Positions 37,675-48,649 of a stretch of DNA of 64,000 nt are shown here, one piece after another. The stretch covers positions 1-64,000 of the forward strand of contig NW_026782427.1 of assembly GCF_031769215.1 (NCBI RefSeq), in the 5' to 3' direction. Each line of letters begins with the position of its first letter. The first letter of the stretch is position 1. A program made the position numbers and the translations under genes. Origin of the DNA: Ylistrum balloti (lineage: Eukaryota). The notes beneath the pieces were generated by a model. That model did no database searches. It was not told the origin of the DNA and was given only the letters and a program-made list of their open reading frames with translations.

Positions 37675-38373
37675 ATGGCGATGAAATTTGTTCTGGTCTC
37701 TGATTCAAGAGCAAATAACTTCGACAGCTATCACCAGCCAGATGATTTTGATATTGATTACCTAGTTGAAAGGGGAGCGAAGATTGAAAACGCAAGAAAA
37801 AACATACTTAGTTATCTGGAAAGTAACAGAGAGGAAAACATTGTTATAACAATCTGCGTTGGAATAAATGATCTACTTGTACTGAAAAGGAATGCTTCGG
37901 GGAAATACATCGTGCCTGCACAGAGAGACGTGTCTGCTATTTTTGAGGACATGAAAAGACTTAAACACGAAATTATCCAAAAGTGTCCAACTGCTCTCGT
38001 TGGTTTCATTACCATTCCCCCGGCATGCATACGGGAATTTAACAATATACACTGTAGACATCAACTGTACGACCTGGACACTACATGTATGATGCAAAAA
38101 AAACATGTGGAAGACGTTCAAAAAATTAATTCTTTTCTCAGGGGATTGAATATGGAAGAAGAGACAGGTGGCGGTCCTTCTTCAACAGTGGAATGGGCAG
38201 AAACCATTATGAGAAAACACAAAAAGAGATGCGGACGTAAACGTTATGTTAAAGAAGTGTTTAAATTTTCTTTTGGACATTTGTATGACGGATTGCATGC
38301 ACATTCAGATATGAAACATGTGTGGTTTGAGAAGTTAGTCACTGGCTTCCGTCGTGATTTGAAAAAAAAATAA
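37675..38373 (+). CDS. SGNH/GDSL-hydrolase-fold protein, 232 aa, intronless
   Basis: GCCATGG start context. Block I VSDSR, block II RGAK, block III GINDL, block V DGLH. Confidence 0.75.
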   Translation: MAMKFVLVSDSRANNFDSYHQPDDFDIDYLVERGAKIENARKNILSYLESNREENIVITICVGINDLLVLKRNASGKYIVPAQRDVSAIFEDMKRLKHEIIQKCPTALVGFITIPPACIREFNNIHCRHQLYDLDTTCMMQKKHVEDVQKINSFLRGLNMEEETGGGPSSTVEWAETIMRKHKKRCGRKRYVKEVFKFSFGHLYDGLHAHSDMKHVWFEKLVTGFRRDLKKK

Positions 38374-39003
38374 CTGTTTTACAATGTACCTATATATTAT
38401 CTTTGAAATGTATTTGTAATACATGTAAAAAGCCTGTTGTTTTTTATTATTTACCTCTAGACTTCATATATTTGTCGTGCTGGAACTTAATTTATCGGAA
38501 AATCTGACTGACTGTCTTTTTAATATCACTTTTGCAAAATGAAACGTAAACTGTTTTCCGTTTGTGATATATTTAGCAAACTATTCCGCTTGATACTCTA
38601 TTCCGCATTTTGTACCGACCGCGGCAGCCATTTTCGAAAGATAGGTCAACGAAGCGGCTTAATGTTGCAGGAGTGTGTTTCGAAGCATATTATTATTAAT
38701 ATGGTGTTAATTCATGGTTTGGACGTTCATATGGGATAATTAATACCTAAACTGTAAGTACACATTGTTGTCATCAAGTATTAAGTCATAAATAGACATA
38801 AAATTGAATCTTACGTTCCTCCCTGATTTGAGGGCGGAACGAGCATCAAAGAAATAGTGCTTGGGAAATAAGAGGTCGCAGTCGGCACAATAGATAGAAT
38901 TCCCATGACGTCACACATCCGGGCATCTTGCGACCTCCGCCATATTGTGGGTCAAGCGATAATAATCAGTCATTCGAGCGAAGCACATTTAAACAAACAG
39001 ACG

Positions 39004-41379
39004 ATGGTTCACTCCTGCGTAGTGTACGGCTGTACGAATCGGGCGAACGACAGGGGAACAAAGCGTGGTTTTTATGGATTCCCTACTGTAAGACTCCACG
39101 AGGACAAATGGACAGAAGAACTCAGCAGAGAGAGAAGAACAAAATGGATCGCGGCCATAGGCAGAAAGGACTTCGTGCCATCAACCCATTCTAAAGTGTG
39201 CTCGGATCATTTTTTAGAAGGTAGATTGTTGTCGCTGTGAGCTGGGGGAATTATAATATCGGTGGTGAAATGGTACAGCCTGCCACAAACAACCCATCAG
39301 CCACGTTTTCTTCCATCAACTAACTTTATTAACCTCAATAGAAAAGAGTTCCAAAATTGGAGTTGCGTCCCCTGGACCCGTGGGTCATGCCAACTTACCT
39401 ACCCAACACCCCAATACACAACAAGATAAACTGACATCAATTGATTTCATTTACTACTTAGCTACATAAAATATTTAAAGTCGCACGAGTTTTGGAAACG
39501 TGCACTAATAATGCGAATCACATTTATAATGAGACACTGTACAGTACAGTACAGCATGCGATAGTTTTGTAACATGGCATTTGGTGCAAATACCTGTAAA
39601 TCTGAACTTATTGTTTTATCCAATATTTATATGACGTGTTTTACTTCACTCGAAGTGATTTATTCCTAGTGGTGCTTTCGAACAACATACGAGTCCTGTA
39701 CCGGAAATAATCTTATATCTTTATTTAGGCTCTAGGCCTAGTACCGACTAGTAGTTACGTACGATCTTGTATAACTACAATGTATGTAGTAGATGCATTC
39801 TTTTAAAGATATCAATAATACCACGGACTTATATCTATATTTATAAGTCCGTGATAATATACTTTGATCATAACATGTCCTTATATTATCTCTTTTATCA
39901 TATATAAAAACCAGGTCAACTTCAAGTACATGTAACATACATACACTATCAGGCCTGTCTCACTATAAATAAATAGTGTGATGAAAAAATAAGTATTTAG
40001 TTCTGTAACCAGTTCATTATTTTTAATCCCATTCCTTTTTTTAAGATTTTTCTTTTTTTTTTGCAGGTAAACCATCAAAGATTTTTGATAAAGCAAATCC
40101 TGACTGGGTCCCCTCATTGAAGTTGAATAGGAAGTTGACATCTCCAACAACTCCAAGCAGCCAGAGTGAGCGTTTCCAACGGGCAAACCAACGTGATGAC
40201 AAGCGGAAACAGCATTTAGCTGCCAGAGCTTTAATGGATTTATCCACATGTAGTGTCCAAGACAGTCAGCCACAGGTGTGTGATTGGCTTCAGAAAGATG
40301 ACAAACCTGTTCACTTCTTCAAATTAGGACCTCTCTTCCCTGCAGAATCAGCGAAAGACCTAATGGAGGTTAGAAGTCAGGAAAAGGAAGAATTGTTGAA
40401 GAAGTTAAATGCAGAGTGTCAGGAGCGGACAACAGAAAACCTTACATTAAGGCAACATATCCTGGAAGGGCAGATATTCAGTGAGGATGCATTCAGAGAC
40501 AATGACAAGAAGGTAAACTGCTTCACAGGGCTTCCAGGATTTTTAACTTTGATGACTGTGTTCGACTTTGTGAAAGATTACATTCCAGATAGCGGCCGTG
40601 TGACATTCTCAAAGTTTCAGAGATTTATTATGACTCTGATGAAACTGCGACTTACACTCTCCCTTCAGTTTCTTGGATATATCTTCAATATCTCACAGCC
40701 CACCGCATCAAGGACATTCCTAACTGTATTGGACGTTTTATACATTAGACTGCGAGAGTTTGTTTACTGGCCAGAGAGAGAGGAACTGAGACTTTCAATG
40801 CCCATGGAATTCAGGAAGCATTTTGGCTTGAAAGTCGCTGTTATCATTGATTGTTTTGAAATCTTTATTGAGCGGCCTTCAAATCTTCTTGCAAGAGCAA
40901 AGACATGGTCTTCGTATAAACACCATAATACTGTAAAAATATTAATTGGAATAGCCCCTCAAGGATGTATAACCTATCTGTCAAATGCTTGGGGAGGACG
41001 CAGTAGTGACAAGTATATTGTGGAAAACAGTGGCTTTTTAAAGAAACTTCTTCCAGGAGATATCGTACTTGCTGACCGTGGTTTCGACATTCAGGAAAGT
41101 GTCGGTGTAATGTGTGCGGAGGTTAAAATACCAAGTTTTACTAAAGGAAAGAGCCAGTTGTCAGCACTTGAGGTAGAATCCACAAGAAACATTGCACATG
41201 TCCGCATTCATGTGGAACGCGTGATTGGACTGGTTAGGAACAAGTTTACAATTCTTTCAGATACTTTACCTGTAGACTATTTGATTGCGCGCACAGGAGA
41301 TGTTCCAGCTGTAGACAAAATTGTTACTGTTTGCTGTAGTTTGACCAACTTGTGTGGTTCTATTGTGAATTTTGATTGA
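39004..41379 (+). CDS. ISL2EU THAP-DDE transposase, 2 exons (39004-39220, 40067-41379), 509 aa
   Basis: THAP C..GC..W..CSDHF|GKP..PDWVPSL with a phase-consistent GT-AG intron. DDE motifs IDCFE, ADRGF and HVERVIG. No stops. Confidence 0.92.
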
Positions 41380-41606
41380 CAATGAAAACACTTCATACAT
41401 TTTACACTTAAAGTAGTGTATTTGTCAAAAGAATGTGAAATCTTGAAATTAGTGAATATGGCATTTTTTTCTGAATGATTTACTATTGTCTGGATCATAA
41501 TTAATCCATATTAAGAATATTATATATTATTAATATTTTATAACTCTATATTTAAATATTTGTTTGCAACCATATTGTGTTCAAATGATGATGCTGATTA
41601 TAAGTA

Positions 41607-42312
41607 CAGTCAAACTGTGTATAAAGGACACTGAGGGGAAGTGACAAGTATCCCTTATAGACAGGTGTCCTTTATATACCCATACAAAACTTGGAGACAG
41701 AGGTTTTTCTCAGAAATAAGTCCTGTCTGTCCCTAATTAAGTATTAAAGTATAAGAGAAATCTTACTACAACCTGATATATTTTATATGACATTTTATTT
41801 TAATCTCATCTTTTAGTTATTAAGATAACCACTTTGTGTATTTTTCTACATGATAACCAATCAAAACAAAAAGTTGAATATCAGCCTTTCTTGAACATGA
41901 GTGTGTATGATTTGTGTCTGTAGACACTTAAAGCAACAGCATCCCTTCCAAATCATTGACACTAGATAATTCTCTTGTGTATATGTAAACAATGACACTT
42001 AAACCATTCATTTTTATCATATCTATGAGTTTACTTGTTTCTTTGAAAACTATAAAATGTGCTTATAAATGATATAACTAACACTTGTAGTGATATATAT
42101 ATATTTAGATACAGTTACATGTACACAGAATATTCAAATGTTGTTGTCCTCTAAATAGAGGTTATTTTGCATAGAAAATAGTGTTTGGGGGAATTTCTAA
42201 GTCTCCTTTATAGAGAGTGTCCTCTATATAGAAGTATATTATATAGTAAAACTTGTTGGGGTTCCTGAGACTGTCCTTTATAGACAGGTGTCCTCTAAAG
42301 CAGGTTTGACTG
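41607..42312. mobile_element. Tc1/mariner-type MITE
   Basis: TA TSD at 41605-41606 and 42313-42314. TIR CAGTCAAAC..aaaggacac with repeated tatagacaggtgtcc subterminal motifs. Confidence 0.8.
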
Positions 42313-42494
42313 TATTAATCGTAGCACGAAATGTACATAGATGGTACTTGTAGTTTCTGTTTCTGCAGACCTGTCCTTTGTACTCAATATTACTGCCATG
42401 TAATGTATATGATCCCAGTGTTAATCATGAGGAAATATTAATATATTTTCAATAAATTAATTTTCAAGTATTTATTATGGCTTTGAATTGTTTT

Positions 42495-42812
42495 TATTAA
42501 AACAAGCTTACAGTAAGTGTTGCATGCAACACATGTCCCCTGCCATAAATTACAGTATTTATCTGCACAACTTCAATACGACAATTTCTGTTTTTAGTAT
42601 CAGTGACCTTTATAGTTGACCTTTCTTCCCAAAACCATATCAAATAATTCATCACCTTATAAGCTACCATTGTATGAAGTTTCATTCAAATCCATCAATC
42701 CGTTCTCAAGTTATCATCTGGAAACCAACATATAGACAGATACATATATAACAGACTGACAGAGATAAACACTATTGTCCCCCCTGGTTTCACCAGTAGG
42801 GGACTATTAAAA
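42495..42812 (-). repeat. HINE-like interspersed repeat
   Basis: The minus strand reads tagtcccctac..ggggggac, a tctgtc tract, a core gaatgaaacttcatac, and a 3' palindrome gtgttgcatgcaacac. Confidence 0.55.
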
Positions 42813-43094
42813 TGACTTAGGTCTTAAGTCAAACTAAATAAATTTGTCTACCAGGTATATTATGTAAACATACACCTGGAAACTCTTGATAATTGGAAAC
42901 AACTGCTTGTATTTCTAAACATTGTATATCAGGTATTGTCATTTTGTCATATCACACCAATGACAATATGACAATATACTACTGGAGAAAACAATGACAG
43001 ACACAAATAATTTAACTTTAAATACAAACAATTTAATTTCAAAAGGAGAGTCCATACATATGTACAATCACAATTAAATATTACGTTCCATCTA

Positions 43095-43430
43095 GTCTGA
43101 AAAGTTTAATACAAATTTAGCAATTAAAAAAACTTGCCAACAATTTCTATAAAATTTCATCATCATCATCATCATCATCACAATCATCATTACATGTGGC
43201 ATTGCAATCATCATCATCATCATCACATATGGAATCTACTTAAACAAGTTTAATACAAATAAAGCAATTAAAAAAACTTGCCAACAATTTCTATAAAATT
43301 TTATAATCATCATCATCATCATAACAATCATCATCTCAATCATCATCTCAATCATCATCATCATTACATATGCAATCTAGTTTAACAAGTTAAATACAAA
43401 TTTAGCAATTAAAAAAACTTTCTATAAAAT

Positions 43431-43464
<34 letters not shown>

Positions 43465-43560
43465 CATATAACATTGCAATCATCATCATCATCACATATG
43501 TCAATGCAATCATCATCATCAATCATCATCACATATGGCATCCAATATGTTATGTGACAC
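43095..43560. repeat. Three ~140-bp tandem units with (CAT)n microsatellites
   Basis: agtt(t)aatacaaat..gcaattaaaaaaactt..ttctataaaattt followed by catcat arrays, repeated three times. Confidence 0.85.
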
Positions 43561-43564
43561 TGAA

Positions 43565-46361
43565 CTATTTTTTCCTGCTGAAGACTGGTAGCTTCCTGCA
43601 TTCCGGACAGAACCATTCTGCATTCTTCCTTGGGGCACGCTTTAAGTTCACACATTTAAAGTGAAGCCATTTATAGGAACAGTTCTGGTTGTCACAGCCA
43701 ATAACTCTATCCTCTGTGTCATCATAGGGTTTTCTGCAAATGCAGATTGTCTCATCATCACCATTTGCATCCACTGTCGGTGTTGGTGTCAATGTGTTGG
43801 CAGTTTCAACTTTCTGAAGTTGTGTTGAAAGTACAGGTTTAGAGTAATGCTTACACAGTAACTCTGGAAGAACAGCACTTTTAAAAAACTTCTCTGCTTT
43901 CCCTCTTGCTTCCTCCCAAATGTCCAAGTCTGGCTGAATTCTCTCTATGTGGATGGCTTTATGTGTCCATACAACAAAATCACAAAAGTCCTTCTCGCAA
44001 ATGAAAATCTGAGCTTGAACCTGGGAATAGTATGGGTGATTCCTCTTTAGTCGTAGATCATCTCCAATCTTCTCCAGGCAAAAGTCCTTGTTGAGATTAG
44101 ACAAGTCCTTCCCTTTGCAGCTGTATGGGCACTTGACCTCCACACATCCATTTCCACAACAGGCACATGAAACTAGGAGGTCTGGTGTTGCTCCAAGGAA
44201 AGGGGACCGGGTATCAATTGTAAGTCCGCACTTGCTGTGATGCATGTCTTGATGGTCTGCTGTTGTTTTCTTGATGTATGCATCAATGGCTGATTTTTCA
44301 TGTTGACATCCCCAGTCTGTGGCCTTGCTTCTAAATTTTAAACTTTCTGGATAGCAAACTGACTTGATGACACTTAGCGATGGCTTCTCTGGATTGGTAT
44401 GGCAAACAGCATGAAGACGGGACGCAGTGATTCTCCCACTCCTGAACCGAAACCAATCTTTACTGCTTGCCTGACGGCGAGTTCTCTCCTCCACAGCTGC
44501 TGCCTGGGATGCTGTTACTATGATGTCATCGAAGATGATGTCACACTGGTTGTGAAGTTCATCTTCAGTCATTCCAACATACTCCTCATTGTACAACTCT
44601 GAGAGCACTTTGGGAAGATGTACACTCAGTGAGGCAGGTTTGAAGTGTTCAGCATAGCCTGGCATCAGAGACAACAATACAGACTTTGACTGGCTCTCAT
44701 GTAACCTCCGCAGGAAGCCATTCACTTCATCTTTGGAAGGGGTTGGTACATCATTCCTACGAGCTGCCCTCAGGGTTGGAGTTGTTGGAGTTGGTGGAGT
44801 TGTGATACTCTCGTCTAGTCTGCACTTTATTGTAGAGGCTGAGGTGAAATCGATATCTCTGACTTCATCGTATGTAACCTTTTCTATCCCTGATGGAAGC
44901 AGCCAGTAAGCAGGGGACTGTGTCACTGTCTTAGAATTGCGGATCTTCACTGCAGCCTCTATCCAGAACAGCAATGCTCCAACATGGGTGCAGGTTTCCC
45001 CCAAGCCAGCCATGCATGTACAGTGTGCAGCAAGAATTGTTCCATCGGAATTGGCTATGACCCATGGTTGAAGTGGCGCTTCATTCATCCTCTGGGAGTG
45101 GCGTACCTAAAACAAATACATTAAACTCATATAAAGGATATATTGAAATGAAAACAGGATATTGATTTTTCAATTAAACTAGCACACTGCTACCTCATAT
45201 TCAGGGCAGATAATTCATACATCAAGAATAAAATACAGAAAATGTCTGAGATATGAATGCTGCCGCCGCCCCCATGTGAATTAAAAGTAAAAAGGAAATA
45301 AAAGAGGATCAATTTGATTTCACGACATGACGGCCATGGGTAAAATTATGGCAGGGATATAAGAAGAAAGACTTGCTCTAGAACTCCCTCCAAAAAAAAA
45401 ATAAAAATAGATAGATAATAAATAAGTAATTAAACAAAATTAATCAAATGAAAGATTTGCAGTATTTCTCACAGTCCATTACATACTTGTATGAGGACAA
45501 AATTAAATAGATAAACTCATTAAGTTTAAAATATTATGATAATGCTTTTTTTATATAGGCCTATATAATTTAGCACCCTTTCATACTAGGCCCACCAAAA
45601 TTTCTTTATTGAAAATACTTTAACACTAGATTCTATTCAATCAAGCCTACTTTTTGTTATAACATTATACTTCATCTGAATTCTAGTCTTAATATCACAA
45701 TATTTTTTCTCAATTTTTTATTTGTAACTTCTGGCATAATCTACGGTTATAACACAGAGTATGTTATACATCTGGTCAAGTTCAGTTAACTCAAGTTACT
45801 CATGCCTACGCTTTACGTGGGTCATTTTACTAGGACAGTGTAAACATTGTCGTTTGAAGATCGTATTTATAAACGGGCAGCCTACAGTAGGGGGGTTTAG
45901 TTTTGATTATTTCTAGGCTCGGTCATAACCGGAACAATGACGTTATAAGCCCCCATTAATCGATCAAATCAAGCATAAGTTATGATCAGGACAGTACAGT
46001 AAGTAGTACTACACACCTTTGCAAACATCAGAATGTTCTTCGTAACGAACGATGAAATGTGGCCGACCTCCTTCACCCAACCGCAAACAAACTGGTTGTA
46101 GGATTCCAGGGACTTGTAAGCTTTCAAATCCTGCAATGTGTAGGCACTCTGAGTGTGGACCAAGTAATTAACGATGTCTGGGTACGTCACATCTGGAAGA
46201 CCATCAGGATCTGAACGCCAGTCGCTTTTCTTCACTTCATACGGATCTAAATGGTCTACTAGTTTAATTTTCTCTCTATAACGTGCCAAAGTAATCGGGT
46301 CAAGTCTGTCTGTATAGCTAACCTTGATTGGCTGTTCTGGAGGGCTTTTCTGCGACGTCAT
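43565..46361 (-). CDS. ISL2EU partner protein: SWIM finger + YqaJ/lambda exonuclease + PHD finger, 2 exons (46017-46361, 43565-45106), 628 aa
   Basis: The splice restores AK|VRHSQR. SWIM CTCMAG..C.H. YqaJ motifs RITASR, WGCQHE, GATPD, EVKCP, QVQAQ. PHD C.C..CD...C..WLH..C..W.C..C. No stops. Confidence 0.92.
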
Positions 46362-46523
46362 TGTTAGCGATGACTCATGCAAATTGATATTTAAATATGA
46401 ACTGCTTGACCCACAAGATGGCGGCGCTAATTCAAAGCCCCGGATGTTGTGACGTCAGCGAATACTATCTATAACATCAGATAATAAATCGGCCGACCAG
46501 CGTCCTCTTATGTTATAGGAGTA

Positions 46524-48590
46524 GGGAAATGGGTTGTGTGAGCGGTTTAACCGTACATTACTGGATATGTTAGGAACTTTGGAACCAAGTGAGAAACATG
46601 ATTGGAAGAAACACATTGGACCCCTGGTGCATGCATATAATTGCACTCGTCATGAAAGTACAGGACATACACCGTTTTATCTCATGTATGGGAGACATCC
46701 AAGATTACCAAGTGATCTAGTGTTTGGAATAAGTAAATTCCACGAAGGAAGGGATGACAGCTATTCACAATATGTAGTCACTAAGAAGAAGGTTGAAGTC
46801 TTCCTATGAGTGTGCAGCCAAAGCATCAAGTCGTGCCAAAGAGCGACAAAAGATAAACTACGATACTCGTGTAGGAGGCTCTTCTATCCAGACAGGTGAC
46901 CGGGTACTAGTGACGATTTTGGTACATGACGGTCGCCACAAGTTATCTCCCAAGTGGGAGGAGGATGCATACATTGTTCTTGATCAGCCGAATAAGGATA
47001 TACCTGTTTTTAAAGTGAAAAAGGAAACTGGCGAGGGAAGGATCCGAACTCTTCATAGAAATCTGTTACTTCCTATCTCTAGTGTGCCAGTAGTCACTGA
47101 CCAACCGAACAATGAAGAGGAACAGACCAGGACTGGTGAGTCGTGTGTTACTTCATTAGAGGATGAATCTTGCAATAGTGAGAGTGATTCTGAAGATTCA
47201 TATTTTGTTCCGACTTCTCCGGTAGCAGTTGGGAGTGCCCCATACACCACCACAGTAGATACTGCTGCTGCAGAAACCATTGTTGTCTCCGAACTCACAG
47301 ATGACGGTCCAGTTGAGGTTACGGAGACAGGAGGAGAAAGGGATATTGGTGACGACCAATCGTCCATGGATGACGAACATATTCCTACTTCTCGGCATGA
47401 TCCCATTACATCATCTGATGGTAATGAGGTGTCCATAAACGATGCTGACATTTTGGATCAGACAGCACACGTATACAAACCAGTTCCTGTGCCTAGAAGG
47501 TCAGTGCGGAAGAGGGAAAAAAACAAAGTGGCAGACATCAAGTGATTTTGTTTTAAATATGTTGCAAACCCCAGGAATGTGTGTTCAAAGTCCGGACCGG
47601 CTACTTCGTGTGGTGTTACAACGCCATACTCGTCTCAACCCGGAGGCAAAGGAATTTGTCCCAGTAACTGTCAATGCAGAGTCGTCTGCACCTGAAAGTG
47701 TTGTTGTATCAGACAGTAAGAGCAGTGCGTTACAAAGTGATGACTCCGATATGAATACTGATAGTGCGGTTGATTCTAGTGACTCTGAGGAAACGCGTAC
47801 TAAAGCTGTTGAAGGTGAGCATAGTGATGGTGCAGAGACTGTCACTGAACATCCAACTTCGATAGAGACAGCATGTGCTCAGCCAGAAAGTGGACAGTCA
47901 GATAGTGCGGACAATATTGGTACGGACTCTGGTGATGGTGACTCGCTCCAAAGAACTCTCCGTCGAAGCACGCGTATATTGCGCCCGTTATGCAGATTGA
48001 CTTATGGTGCTGATGGATCTCAGATGTCATACAATGCATGGTCGATTACAGCACATTCTGAAAGTTGTGACATTGATCTCAAATAATGTGTAGTGATGTA
48101 GGGAGACTATATATGTTGAATTTATGTGATTCTATTTTTTATGAACTGTAGCAACTTTTGTTGAACAATGGTCGACATAGTGTCGAAAAGTATTTTTATG
48201 GTTCTTCAGAAAGTGGAAATTATATTTTTTATACTCTAGTCAAATGTATTTGATTGACTTAAAGTCATAGATCATATATCGGTCAGGCCAGCCGTTGATC
48301 TTTAATACTGGGTCTGCGTACCTGGGTAACATTGTAATGACATCATGAGTATATTAGGTCTGTGTACCTAAAGATTTTTTTTTTCTATTTTGAGAACTGT
48401 AACATGTACATTCCTAGTCAGCAAAAGCGCATTTGTGATTTTGACCAAAGCATATTTTTATTGTAACGCTCAAAGGTACAGTTTGTTTTAGAGTTATATA
48501 TTGTGTGTTGATGTCGGGACGACATCAAAGTTACAGGGGGAGAGTGTAATTGTGTCAGCGTTTTGTTAGAGGGGTATATTTTTTTTAAAT
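46524..48590 (+). mobile_element. Right part of the split Gypsy element (integrase C-half, acidic tail, PPT 48535-48544, start of 3' LTR at 48545)
   Basis: CERFNRTL..YN.T.H.STG.TPF.LM.GR.P and K...KWE..Y. The sequence gtcgggacgac..agggggagag is followed by TGTAAT. Confidence 0.88.
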
Positions 48591-48649
48591 TGGCTACAGT
48601 CGAACCTGCCTATTTAGGTCGAGCAAGTATATGCCAATCGAACGCACCC

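Larger units (their letters stand above)
38892..46470. mobile_element. ISL2EU DNA transposon, apparently full-length (7579 bp)
   Basis: AT TSD at 38890-38891 and 46471-46472. About 60-bp imperfect TIRs AGATAG[A/T]ATTC..TGACGTCAC..CATCCGGG..CCGCCAT.TTGTGGGTCAAGC. Two convergent intact genes. Confidence 0.92.
32451..46523 (-). mobile_element. AcademH (helicase-encoding Academ) DNA transposon, with ISL2EU nested inside
   Basis: 10-bp TSD GGGAAATGGG at 32441-32450 and 46524-46533. Removing the element restores integrase [16 protein letters not shown]. Imperfect TIR TACTCC...AGAGG (15/20). Encodes an Academ-type transposase and a RecQ-like helicase. Confidence 0.85.

Noticed and set aside
40117-41379. 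Domesticated HARBI1/THAP host gene
   Set aside because: It is flanked by TIRs and an AT TSD and paired with a YqaJ gene.
43422-43655. Poly-Asp ORF
   Set aside because: It is an artefact of the (CAT)n microsatellite.
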